The notes beneath the pieces were generated by a model, which worked only from the letters and a program-made list of their open reading frames with translations, was not told the DNA's origin and did no database searches. DNA of 64,000 bases from Vitrella brassicaformis CCMP3155 (lineage: Eukaryota > Protista > Chromerida), in NCBI GenBank assembly GCA_001179505.1, contig CDMY01000486.1, positions 3,722 through 67,721 of the forward strand, given 5' to 3'. Of the stretch, positions 13,115 to 24,293 are shown in pieces. Positions within the stretch are counted from its first letter, which is position 1. Every line of letters starts with the position of its first letter. Made by a program: the position numbers and the translations under genes.

Positions 13115-15868
13115 ATGAGGCTGAAAGTGGAGATGGATGATGCCTCTGTGGCACTTGATGCCACTGAGGAGCCGCTGAGGCGGTCGCTCGTCCTCGTATC
13201 TGACAATATCACCAACATCGGGTGAGGCAGCACACACATGGAGGAGGAAGGCAGATGGACTGGAGGCACCAGGGCCTGCATGACGAGCATGGATGGACTG
13301 TTTGTTAACCTTGGTCTGGTCTGTGTGTCCTCTCCGCTCAGTGAGCTGATCTCTCACCTGCAGGGCCAGTTCGGCTTCCTCGCTGCTCCTCGTGTGCCAT
13401 ACCTGTCACTGGATGGCTTTACTCTGCCGCCGTCACAGCCGCTGGGCATCCTCCGGGACACTGACGTCGTCCGGTGGGCACACGATACATCCGCAACACA
13501 CACACACACCGGCCATTCTTGACCTCTCTGGCCTTGGTGGTTGTCAGGGTGCATCTGGTGGGTCAGCAGCGGGACCCCGCTGCTGCAGCCGCCTCTGCCC
13601 GCACCGATGAGCAGGAGACGATGGTCGCCACCGCTCCTCCACTCGCCCAGCCCATCCATCCCGTCAAGTTCGAGCCACAGACACATGACAACGGCCAGGC
13701 AGAGAGGAGCATCGACAGGGCTCCTCTTCCTCCGCCAGATGCAGTCGCCAGCAAGCGGCCGTGCGACGAGCATGTGGATGCAAAAGGAGCGGCAACGGGC
13801 GAGTCGCGGCACAAGCGAGTACGCAGGCGGCGCAGGAGGAAGAAGGAAGACCATGGTGAGGCAGGGGTGGCTGCCGAGGTGCTGCTTGATGAGACAATGC
13901 CGGCAGAGACATCGACAGAAATCAAGGCTGGCGACCTTATCAGCGTCGCCAGGCTCACCGAGCCCATTGATCCTGGCGTCCGAGATGTGTCAAGCATCGC
14001 TCCCGACCCCAGTCAGCGGCAGCCCTACATCGGCCAGGAGCGAGTCGGTGACATTTTGCGAAAGCTTGTCGGGCGCTATGAAGCAAACGACGGCGACCAT
14101 GTGGTCCGTGTGGAGCCAATGGTTATCACTCGTTTTTCGCGTGGGGGGAAGACGAGATTAATGAAGCAGATCGGGGCAGGCCTCCACACGCAAGGCATCC
14201 CTGCCCTATTCATCACGTATGCATGTAGAAGCAGACAGACAGAGGCAGAGGCTGATTCGTATACACTCACTCAGCAATGATGAGCTATGTGTTTCTTCTT
14301 GTGCGTGGCCATCTATCCATCGTTCTGCAGGTTCAACGAGCAGACAACGCCCACTGACTTTGAGCTATCTGCCTGCAGCCCGCTGCAGTCCATCTCGTTG
14401 CGGATAGCCTGGGCCACTGCAACGCCGGAGGCTCTCGAGAAGGTGGCACAGGCTCTGAAAAAGCCTGTAGCCGAACTCACCTTCGACGACTGGGTGCGGA
14501 CTGTCTCGGTCAGCCATCGGACCATCAAAGAGTGGCTCGGCAGCGGCCCTCTGGTCCTCTTTGTTGACGAACTCAACCAGCGCATCCCCTCAAACACTGT
14601 GTTCGAGGAAGAGCCATTGGCACTGGAGCTGGCTGACTTTGTTCTTCAGCACTTTCTCAACAAGCGGCAGCGTTACTTTGTGTTTTCGAGCCAGGTCGCC
14701 GCACTAGGGAACAGTCTCCTGAGGTACTACTCGAGGTTCGGCTTTCGCGGCGTGTACAAATTGCAAATCCCGAGGGTCGAGAGAATCTCTGCTGTGACCG
14801 AGAGCGGCATCTGCTCAGGCACACACGCTGGTATCGTCTCCTGGACTGGACGGGTGCCTGGTTTGCTGACGCTTATGTACTCGAATGAGCCGCCGCAGCC
14901 AAACAACGTCCGACAGCCCTTTAAAGCCATGGAAGCCCCTCGTCTTGACGCGGACCTTGCTCGAGCCGTCATTCAAACAGCGATTGAGGGCGACGGAAAG
15001 CTTCTGGGCAGACTGGGGACGTGGTCGCGCTTCCTAGACGTCTTCGGCTATTCGTGTGTGTGGCCGCCATGCTATCTGGGGCTGGCGTGTGACGAGTTGG
15101 GGAAGGCCCCGGAGGTCAAGAAGGCCCTCGGCAAAGGCTTCGCGACTGGCCTGAGGTTGATCCCCACGCTTCTGGACCAGCTACTCGATGAGAGGGAGTC
15201 CGGCAAGCGATGGGAGGGCGTTGCCGTCGCAGAGGTGCTCCTCCGACTCCTCTACAGTCACTTGGAAGGAACCGGAGGTTCACTTGAGCATGGCGGCAGC
15301 TCAGCTGGTCCCTGATGCAGTCGACGATGGATGCAAGTTTGGGGGCGTCATCACCGCAAGCCAGCCGGAGACGCTCAAGGCGCTCATCACCGAGTTCCAC
15401 CAGAAGATGGACCCGACACTCGCAGGAGAGCGCTACGTCTCTTATTTCGTCAAGCCCATAGACTCAACTCTCCACGGCTTCAGCTTCTTCGTCTTTGTGA
15501 CCGAGTACGGCAGCTTGACGACAATCTACGGCGGCCAGTGCAAGGAGAGACCGACGGGCTCCGACAAAGACTTCATCATCATCAAGCACAGTGTGTCTGA
15601 AGCGGTCGCATCGCTGGCGCCAGACGAGGGCGACCCTGAGGCTATCAATGCCTCAGCGAGGGTCTACTTTCGTGGCATCTGGCTGTGCGGTGACGATGAT
15701 CAGGGGCAGGAGGTAAACATTAACAAACGGTCGGAGCGAGATATCGGTGTGGTGCCATCACGTGCCGCCATTGAGGAGGTTATCGGTGTGTCTCTTGCGC
15801 AGATGTGTCCTTTCGAATGGCTGGTAGAGGGAAAAGACCAGGCCGGCGGGGAAGGGACAGGGGCTTAG
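13115..15868 (+). CDS. Chimeric protein: coilin-N-like ubiquitin-fold domain + basic NLS + Crinkler-type P-loop NTPase + PD-(D/E)XK-fold domain; frame change near 15257-15320 (small intron or frameshift)
   Basis: Exons 13115-13221, 13342-13473, 13548-14216, 14331-> splice in phase to MRLKVEMDD...RRSLVLVSDNITNIGELISHLQGQFGF...YLSLDGFTLPPSQPLGILRDTDVVRV; RHKRVRRRRRRKKE; MVITRFSRGGKT (Walker A); FITFN; LVLFVDELN (Walker B); ESGKRWE; YFVKP..LHGFSFFV...IYGGQCKE. Confidence 0.75.
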
Positions 15869-16392
15869 CTTCTTCAGTCGGTTGGGTGTCAAGTATGTCT
15901 GTCTGGTGCGTGTGACTTTACTCACGACGAGAATGTGGTCCAGTCCCTTGTGGGGTTTGGGGTGCATATGTGTATAGTTAGTCATATGCATGTGGGTGGC
16001 TGGGTGAATACCTACCTACATGTGATGTGTGTCTCTCGCAACTATGGCAGGCAGCCATACCTCAGATCAGATCATGCACGTACAAACCGACTGACATTAA
16101 CATGACGTACGACAGACAGGTCCTGCACTTAGCTTTGTCCGTCTGACTGGTCTACCTACCGGTCCGCATCCCGCGTGAATATCACTGAACCACCAACGCG
16201 TCCATCACCGCACCATCCACCAACGCACACCTTCCCCATTCCCTTTTCCCACCCTCTCTATCCACCAAGCACGGCAAACAGACATACAGACAGGTGCACT
16301 GTGTGTTGTCTGTAATTGCAGGCAAGCACAACTGACTGACGGCCAGGCACACTCCCTTCCAGTCTGTTTCAATTGTTTTACGGAGTCCCTCC

Positions 16393-17555
16393 GTCGAGCT
16401 CAGATTTCTCCATGTACAGTGCACTGGATGAAAATGACCTATCAGATCTGCCTGTGTCTACATATCTGCCTTCGTCGAGGCGGTCTGTCGCTCATAAACT
16501 TACTCTTACTAGGACAGACACGTACGACAAAGAACGACACAAAAACTGACCACACAGCCCACACCCCAGAGCAGCCTTCACCAACACGAAACACAGGGCT
16601 AGGCCAGCCAAGGAAGGTCGCTCATTGGCCATCAGCAATCCTGCGGGTTCCCCACTGTCTCAGGAGGGACGTTCTGCTGTGGCAGTGCCGTCCATTGTGT
16701 ACTCCTCTGTCTACTGTCTTCATCCATATCGAACATCACTCCAGAGAAGTAGGTGAGGAGCGCACAGAGGAAACAAACGAGAATATTGTAGCCGCTAAAC
16801 ACCGCCTCCCCGGGTATACACTTGGTTTCATGTAGGTCATCTTTGGAGACGATGCCCTGGACGATGCTGCGAGAATAACGAGCGGAACGAAAGGACAGGA
16901 ACCAACCCAGCACCAGAAGAAAGGCGCCACCCAGCACAGCTGCCATGGACAGGTCAATCAGCTTAAGGGGTTTCCGAGACTTAACAGCGGCCTCCAGACA
17001 TCCAAAGCCACAGCAAGCCACAACCATCAAGAAGAGAGCCAGACTCGCCGTGACATAGAACTTGATGCCCACTGCCTTGGCCTTCCGCCACTTAGTCTCC
17101 ATCTCGTCGTTTCCTGCTGCTTTGTCGATCAGGAAGTCATAGGATGCTCGGCAGTGACAGTGGACGACGTCAGGTTGCTCTCTCAGGCGCTCACGAGTCT
17201 TGACGCTCTCCTTGCAGTGCTCGAACTGCAGTTCGCCAGTGAGAGGCGTCTTGACGCTCTCACTGAGAGGCGTCTTGACGCTCTCACTGGCACAGCGGAC
17301 GTCCCCCGACGCAAAGCAGTCAACTTCTTCGTTGTCACGGCAGACACGGTGGAGCTCGACCTCCAGGTAGTAGATCTGCAGACTCGTCCATTGCTCAATC
17401 TTCATGAGGGACAGCTCTCTTGAGGCGAAGGCCGTACACACTGACCAGGAGCGGCCAGCCAGAGTCGAGAGGAGCGGAGTAAGGGCCAGAATGAGAGGAA
17501 GGAGAGTGAGCCGGCGCGTCTTCAGTGAGAGTTTCTCGTCATCATCGCTCATCTC
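16393..17555 (-). repeat. Inverted segmental duplication, arm 1 (partner 26195..27327)
   Basis: Reverse complement aligns with 26195-27327 over the CDS and about 240 bp of 3' flank. Confidence 0.92.
16632..17552 (-). CDS. Intronless four-TM claudin/PMP22-like membrane protein (paralog A)
   Basis: Single ORF from MSDDDEKLSL: N-terminal TM, Cys-rich loop (W..C...WTSLQIYYLEVELHRVC...DCF...C...C...CHC), three further hydrophobic helices, and a Pro/Gln tail. Close paralog of 26198..27088. Confidence 0.7.
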   Translation of the reverse strand: MSDDDEKLSLKTRRLTLLPLILALTPLLSTLAGRSWSVCTAFASRELSLMKIEQWTSLQIYYLEVELHRVCRDNEEVDCFASGDVRCASESVKTPLSESVKTPLTGELQFEHCKESVKTRERLREQPDVVHCHCRASYDFLIDKAAGNDEMETKWRKAKAVGIKFYVTASLALFLMVVACCGFGCLEAAVKSRKPLKLIDLSMAAVLGGAFLLVLGWFLSFRSARYSRSIVQGIVSKDDLHETKCIPGEAVFSGYNILVCFLCALLTYFSGVMFDMDEDSRQRSTQWTALPQQNVPPETVGNPQDC

Positions 17556-17607
17556 GACTATGTGCTGAAGACGTTGCTGAAGTGGCTGTCGGCACAAGGA
17601 TCTGCGG

Positions 17608-17631
17608 ATGCGAGCTTGGCATTGCGAGCTT
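17608..17631 (+). promoter_or_regulatory. ATGCGAGCTTGGCATTGCGAGCTT double-motif between divergent claudin-like and eIF4E genes
   Basis: Exact match to 13003-13026; flanks are otherwise unrelated. Confidence 0.6.
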
Positions 17632-17806
17632 GAAAGTGCAGATCTGGAGGATAACGAAGCGGAGGAGCAGCAAAGGGGCAGTGTGCGACAGGAGCACTGC
17701 CAGCCGGAAATATGTCTTCGTGAGGATCCCTCTTGGCGCATTGCTCGAGCTGCTGAGAGGGGTGTGATCACATCAGCTCAGCAGCCAGCGCGACCGACCA
17801 GCCAGC

Positions 17807-18974
17807 ATGGAGGAGGGCAAGGACGACAGGCCTGTCGTGCCACAACAGGAGGACGAGCCGCAGGAGGGAGCCACCGACACCACCACGACGGCGGCGGCAG
17901 AGGGACAGCAACAGCCACCACCGGCCGTCGAGCAGCAGCAAGAGGGAGAGGGCGAGACCGCCGAGCAGCAGGCGCCTGCCGACACGCAGGAGGTCCCGCA
18001 GCCAGGCAATGAGAAGGAGAAAGAGGAGCCGGCTGCCGAGGCGGGTGGCGAGACTGAGACCGAGGGCAAGACCGACGACACGCCCGCTGAGGGCGATGCC
18101 AATGGTGCCGGTGGTGGTGGTGATGAAGGTGAGGAGACCGCCACGATGGACCAGGAGGGCGTCAAGGACAAGGGCGGCGTTGACAAGGGCGACAGCGGCA
18201 CCGAGACGACTGAGGCGAGTGACGAGAAGCACCCGCTGCAGAACATGTGGCACCTGTGGATGATCAACCCGGTCAAGGAGAAGACCCAGACCAAGTGGGT
18301 GGACTCGCAGCTCAAGGTCCACACCGTCACCACCGTCGAGGACTTCTGGTGCCTCTTCAACAACATACACGGGCCCACCAAGGTCGGCAACGGCAACGAC
18401 TACTCGCTCTTCAAGGACGGCATCAAGCCCGCATGGGAGGTAAGGTACCGCACCACTGTCAAACACACCACACCACACACCTCACGCACCGGCACGACAA
18501 ACGACACACCGTCCTGTCCCTCACTCTCTCTCTCTCTCTGTGGTTTTGTGTGGTGTGTGTAGGATCCGGCTTTGACGAACGGCGGTCGTTGGGTTGCCAA
18601 GATCAGCACGCCCAAGGTGCTAGACGACCTGTGGCTCAACATCCTCCTGGCCATGATCGGCGAGACATTCCACGACGCCGGCGGCGACTGCGTCGCTGGC
18701 GCCGTCGTATCCGTCAGGGGCAACAAGGTCCTCACGCATAACATACGCCCACACAGCACCGACACACACGCATGGTTCTGTGTCTTGTGTGAGTGTGCAG
18801 GGCCAGAAGATAGCGTTGTGGCTGTGCGACTCGTCCGAGGCGGTTGCGATGAAGGTCGGGCGTAAGCTGCACGACATCCTGCTGCCGCTCGTCGAGACCC
18901 GCAAGGAGGCCGAGCTGTCCTTCGAGGCATTCAACGACAACGACAGGAACGCCAAACAATACGTCGTCAAGTGA
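17807..18974 (+). CDS. eIF4E: Eukaryotic translation initiation factor 4E with long acidic N-terminal extension; 3 exons
   Basis: HPLQNMWHLW...KW...TVEDFWCLFNNI...DYSLFKDGIKPAWE|DPALTNGGRW...LDDLWLNILLAMIGETF...GAVVSVRGNK|GQKIALW. The eight conserved Trp positions and cap-binding W/W/E, R, R, K residues are present. Confidence 0.97.
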
Positions 18975-20597
18975 CCAATGACCGATGGCGACCGCTGCAC
19001 ACATACATACCATACGGCCCGCCTGGCAGAGATGGGACGATGGATGGATAGTAGGTGGGTGCCGTGGGTGGATGGATGGATTTGGGTGGCACTCGGCCTC
19101 GTGGGGCGTCTTTTACGCGGGGGTGCATGCGTGTGTGTGCTACGAAAATGGTGTCGGCTGGACGGGAGGGAGGCAGGGAGGAATGGTGTGTGTGGGGTGT
19201 GGTCAGAAAGGCGGGCGGGCGGGTGGAGGGGTTCCGATCGATCATCGCATGGATGGATGGACGGACGGATTCATTCGTTCTCCCTGACTGACTGACTGCC
19301 TGCCTGTACATACGACAGTGCACGAGATTGATGAGGTCTTTCCCTAATCGCATGTGCCGTGATCGTTTTCCCCTCTCTGCGTCGTGTTCGCGTGTCGCCT
19401 TGGCCGTAGCATGCCACTCGGCCATCCACAGAGGCCCTACTGACCAAAGTCGGGGTCTCTGAGGATGGCCAGGTGGGGGTGGCACCGACAAGGCGACACG
19501 TACACGACACGCCCAAGAAGACAGGAGGGAGCAGTCATTCAATCATCATCGATGTCATTATTATTGTCTTGTGGCTGACACTGACGTTGTGTGGTTGGCT
19601 GCTGCATGTGCGGGGAGGAGGGTGTCGACGACGAGGTGCACCTTGCTGCTTAGACGATCTCTTCGCGAGCAGCACGATGCACCTCGTTGTTGTCAGCCGA
19701 CTCCCAGCAACGAGCAGCTATGCCACAGATTCCACCCTATCAATGATTTGTTTGCCGAGTGTTTTGACCTCTCAGTTAGCGAGTGCAGGCAGGATGGATG
19801 GATGGATGGGTGTGATGCGAGGCGGACGAACGGACCGCCTGACTGGCTGGCCTCTCGTCGACCGACATACGCACACACACACATCGACTGACTCTACCGA
19901 CCGACTTGCCCGACAGCCCAGCCGACGGACCGTATGCATGCCGTGCGTGTGGACTTGCGTGAAAGGTGTTGCCATGAGCCAGTCACTTGACGACAGACAG
20001 AAGCCTCACAACATTCACACACACAGACACACACACACACACAGAAAGAGAGGCAACCACCCAATACCACCTGCAGTGGTCCATCCATCCATCCATCCAT
20101 CCATTGAATGCGATAAATGGAGACAGACCTTCACACACCGGCACCCCTCATACGCAACGCAGTGAGAGAGGGCTCTTTGCACACACATCCAGTCCAGCTA
20201 GCTGTCCCACTTGATGCCCAACACGTAGGAAGACACATCAGTGAGGGTCTGCCTCGCCGGCCGGCCCAGCTGTGCAGACAACACCCACCCACCCCCGNNN
20301 NNNNNNNNNNNNNNNNNNNNNNNNNNNNNNNNNNNNNNNNNNNNNNNNNNNNNNNNNNNNNNNNNNNNNNNNNNNNNNNNNNNNNNNNNNNNNNNNNNNN
20401 NNNNNNNNNNNNNNNNNNNNNNNNNNNNNNNNNNNNNNNNNNNNNNNNNNNNNNNNNNNNNNNNNNNNNNNNNNNNNNNNNNNNNNNNNNNNNNNNNNNN
20501 NNNNNNNNNNNNNNNNNNNNNNNNNNNNNNNNNNNNNNNNNNNNNNNNNNNNNNNNNNNNNNNNNNNNNNNNNNNNNNNNNNNNNNNNNNNNNNNNN

Positions 20598-23500
20598 CAC
20601 CCACCCCCGCCCTCCCCCTCCTCCCCTGACTCATCATCAGCAGCGTCCTTAGCCTCTTTCTCAGGGATGTGTGGGGACGTCAGCTTAAGAGAATCTCTTG
20701 TTGTGCCTGCACCCACCCACCAATCCATCCACATGAAGGAAAATGTGGTCTGTCTCGGCGGCATGAGAACAAGGTGGCTTACGCAGCTGCTGCAGCTGTC
20801 TTGCGATTTCCATCTTGGCTCCACTGTCGGCGAGGTCAGCCGCCAGCGTCTCTGCTGTGGTGAAGGCGTCACATGCCTTCTGGAGGCACTCCTGCATTCT
20901 CTCCCTTGCCGCGTCATCCCGCTCTTCGCCCGATGTGTTCTCTTTTCCAACCATCAGATGGACCTCCACTACTGAGGCCAGCGCTGCACACGCGGATGTG
21001 CACACGAAGAGATAGGCGCGTGTCGTGAATGTCAGTCAGGCAGGTAGGCCGACAGGCTGACCGACCTACGGCGAGATGCGCTTCCATCAAGACGGCCGAT
21101 GCAATGGGGTCGTTCACTTCGGCCACATCCTCTTTTCCCTGCTCCTCCTGGTCCTCCTCATCTAGTGGCGTGTCTCCCTTGTCAATGACAGTCAGATGGG
21201 CCAGCGAATCCTCGAAAACTCTGCAGGAAAGCAAATAAATACAGAGATTGCAACCAAGCGGTTGTGGCTGGGTCTTGAAGGATCGTACTCACTCTTTGGC
21301 GTGTGTGGTGTCGGCCCTCTTGAGAGCACACCAGCCAAGACGCAGACACACCGCCGCCTGCATGAGACAGACAGGGAGGCACTTGCGGGTCACGGGGCGT
21401 ACGAACGGTGATATGTATCGTCACCAGGATGACTGAGTTGGGTGACGACAAGGGAAGAGAGGCCAGCCGCACAGCCAGACCGCCCTCGAAGATGATCCCA
21501 CTCGACAGCAACACAGCCATCCTGACATGCCGACAGGTGACAACAAACACCATATTGAGAAGCCACTGACGTAAGCCACGCAGCAATCAGAGACACACCT
21601 CTTCCAATGTCGTTGTGCGGCGGCGAGGTCCCCCTGCAGCTCACAGAGATGGCCCAGCTTGGGCAGAATGCGGCACTCGATGCCGTGTGCGTTCCTCGCC
21701 ACCGCCATCCGCATGGCCGTCCTGAACTCATCCAACGCCCTCCCACGCTGCTGCGCACACAAGTACAGCTCACCTGAAACAAACACACACACACACACGA
21801 GATCGATTCATCCCAGGCCCGTTCACTCACTCACAGACTCACCTAGCCGAGCGTGCAGGTTGATTGTGAGTCCATATCTGTCGATCGCCGGCCCGGAAGT
21901 CAGCAAGGGGTGCTTTTGGAACGCCCTCAGGTGGTCAAGCTTGGCTGCGATGAGCGCTGGCGCGTTGTTGGCGCGGGGGTGACCAGGTTGGCGAGGGGCA
22001 ATGATGTCCTGGACGCCGAGGGCCTCCTGGATCTGGGGAGAAAAGATGGCATACGTAGAGGGGAGTGATGATCAGCGACCAGAGGCCTCACCTGAGCGAT
22101 CCGTGCGGTCCAGTTGAGATATGTAGCAATAGCGCGACGCTTACGCGAGTCCACAGAGGGACGCTCAGCACTGAACATACACACAAAGTCACAATAACGT
22201 CTTGATCTTCGTGGCTCTGTTCGATGTGTCTCCTCACCTTTGTGTCATGGTCGCGCTGGCCTCTGACCCCTCTTCCCTTCCCCTCCACAAACCATAGCAA
22301 TGATGCCTCAACGCAGCCACCCTCGTCTGCCTTATCGGCCGCAGCAACTCGGTCGCAACCACACTCGCCGGAGCGCGCCTGCCCGGACCGCTCGACAGAG
22401 CGAGCGTCGCCCGCGGCGACACATCTACAGCTGTCGGCCGCCCGAGCCCCTCTGGCAGGTCCTCGCCCGCCGACGCCGCCCATTCATCTCGTCTTGGTCT
22501 GCTTGGGTCGGCCGTCATGGGCCGCGAAGGCGTCTGATCTGACCACTGCCGGTGGACGGTGCCGTCATAGCTCTTCCTGTCGTCGTCCTGGCCTCTCCGC
22601 GTCCCGTGTCTCGATGCGGGAGGCTCAGGCGACTCTATGCGCGAGGGAAGGCCGCTGGGGGGCGGGGGAGGCGGCGATCTTCTCGTCGTGTCGGGGGTCA
22701 AATCGACATCGACATCTACGTCGACGGTGGGGACTCCCTGGAAGCGAATCACGGTGTCCTCATCGTCAAAGATGTGCGATCTCCCCCGCGACTCCCCCAA
22801 CACGGACGAATACTTCCTCTGGTACTCCGATGACCGAAGCCGCTTGGTGCGTGGTCGGGGAGGGACAGGCTCGGCTAGCGGCTTCTTGGCCATGGTTTCG
22901 CGGTATGGGGACTTTTTTAGCCTGGCGCGGCGGGATGGGGGCGGTGGCGGAAAGGGAGCAGCCGTAGGCGCAGAGGGGCGAGTGGCAGGAGGGCGAGGCC
23001 GAGAGGGTTCTTTCCGGGATGGGGCCCTCTTTTCTGTCTCCTTTGCTGCCTTGGGCGGCTTGGATGATTTGGGCGACGGTGGGGCAGCCGCTTTGGTCTC
23101 TATCTCGGTCCCTTTGTTTTCCTCGACATTACCCTTTTTCTTATCTTGTTTCTCCCGCTGCTCCTCTTTCCACATGACGTAGGGGGAAACCATGAAGAGC
23201 GGATCGGTGACAATGTCTACGTTGACCACCCTCTTCCGCATCCCCTTGTTCCGTGGAGTCTCCGCCAGGATCCGGGCAGCCAGGGCGCTCTTGGCAATCG
23301 CCGCCTTGGCCATGGCAGCCCTCTCTCGCGGAGACATCGTTCCTCTTCTCGATGACGCAGGTCGGGTGAACGACACCCTGTGCGAGGTACTTGCTGTCGA
23401 TGGTCGGCCCCTTGGAGACGTCCCCCTCGACTTTGGTGACATGTCAGCAGATATTCTCCTTGCTGCTCGCGGCGACTCGATAAGTACATCGCCTTGCAGC

Positions 23501-24033
23501 AAGAGAGCTCGAAAATAGGCGCTCGTCGTCTCTTCATTAAGCTGCAGCGGCGGCGGCGGCGGCCGGGCTCGGGGAGGCGACTTGGGCGGTGAGGTCACCG
23601 GACGTGAGGGGCTGGTTTGGAACTGTTGGAGCAGGCGAATGGCCTCGGAGTTTTGGGGCTCGAGATCAAGGAGGAGCTCGATGTCCGCCTTGGCCTCGTC
23701 TGCACGCTCCAGGTACATCAGACACTTGGCACGCTGAAGCAGAGCATGCTTCTCCCTGGAATACACCCCCAGGGCTCGAGAGTACCGGTCAAGAGCCCTC
23801 TCGAACTCGCCACCGGTGAACACCCTATCTCCAGTCTCCACGAGATTTCTCACCATCTCCGCATGCCGGCCTGGGCTGCGTGGCGGAGAACTCGGAATCT
23901 CTTCCTCGCCGTCCATGCCGATGGGCACAACTGGCGCATCGCTGCAGACGCTTCGCTGTTGTGCTTCGTCTTGAGGTGGGTGAACTTGGATAGACGCTGA
24001 AGACTGCATGACGCCGTGGGTCAAGGCCGCCAT
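20598..24033 (-). CDS. TPR-repeat protein with long Pro/Arg/Lys-rich disordered middle; 3' end runs into the N gap
   Basis: GDRVFTGGEFERALDRYSRAL...ALLQRAKCLMYLERADEAKADIELLLDLEPQNSEA (TPR pair). Later exon gives RGRALDEFRTAMRMA...CRILPKLGHLCELQGDLAAAQRHWKR (TPR-like). Start assigned to MAALTHG at 24033. Confidence 0.75.
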
Positions 24034-24293
24034 GTTGGGCCTTACGAAGGGCTCCTGTGAGGCTGGCTGGGGGCACCCCGAGAGCCCCCCGGCTCGCACA
24101 AAAAACGGTGCATGCATGCACTCGCACACTAACAGCCAAGTACCCTCGTGGCATTGGGGCGCGCAGCTTCTGACAGCCTCTCGTGCATCGCAAGTCGACC
24201 CCCGGTGGTCCAAGGCTGCATCTGACGCTCAATCAGCCAGCCCCACAGATCGGACAAGTTGGGGCTCGTATTGGGCTCGTCGAGGGCTTCACC

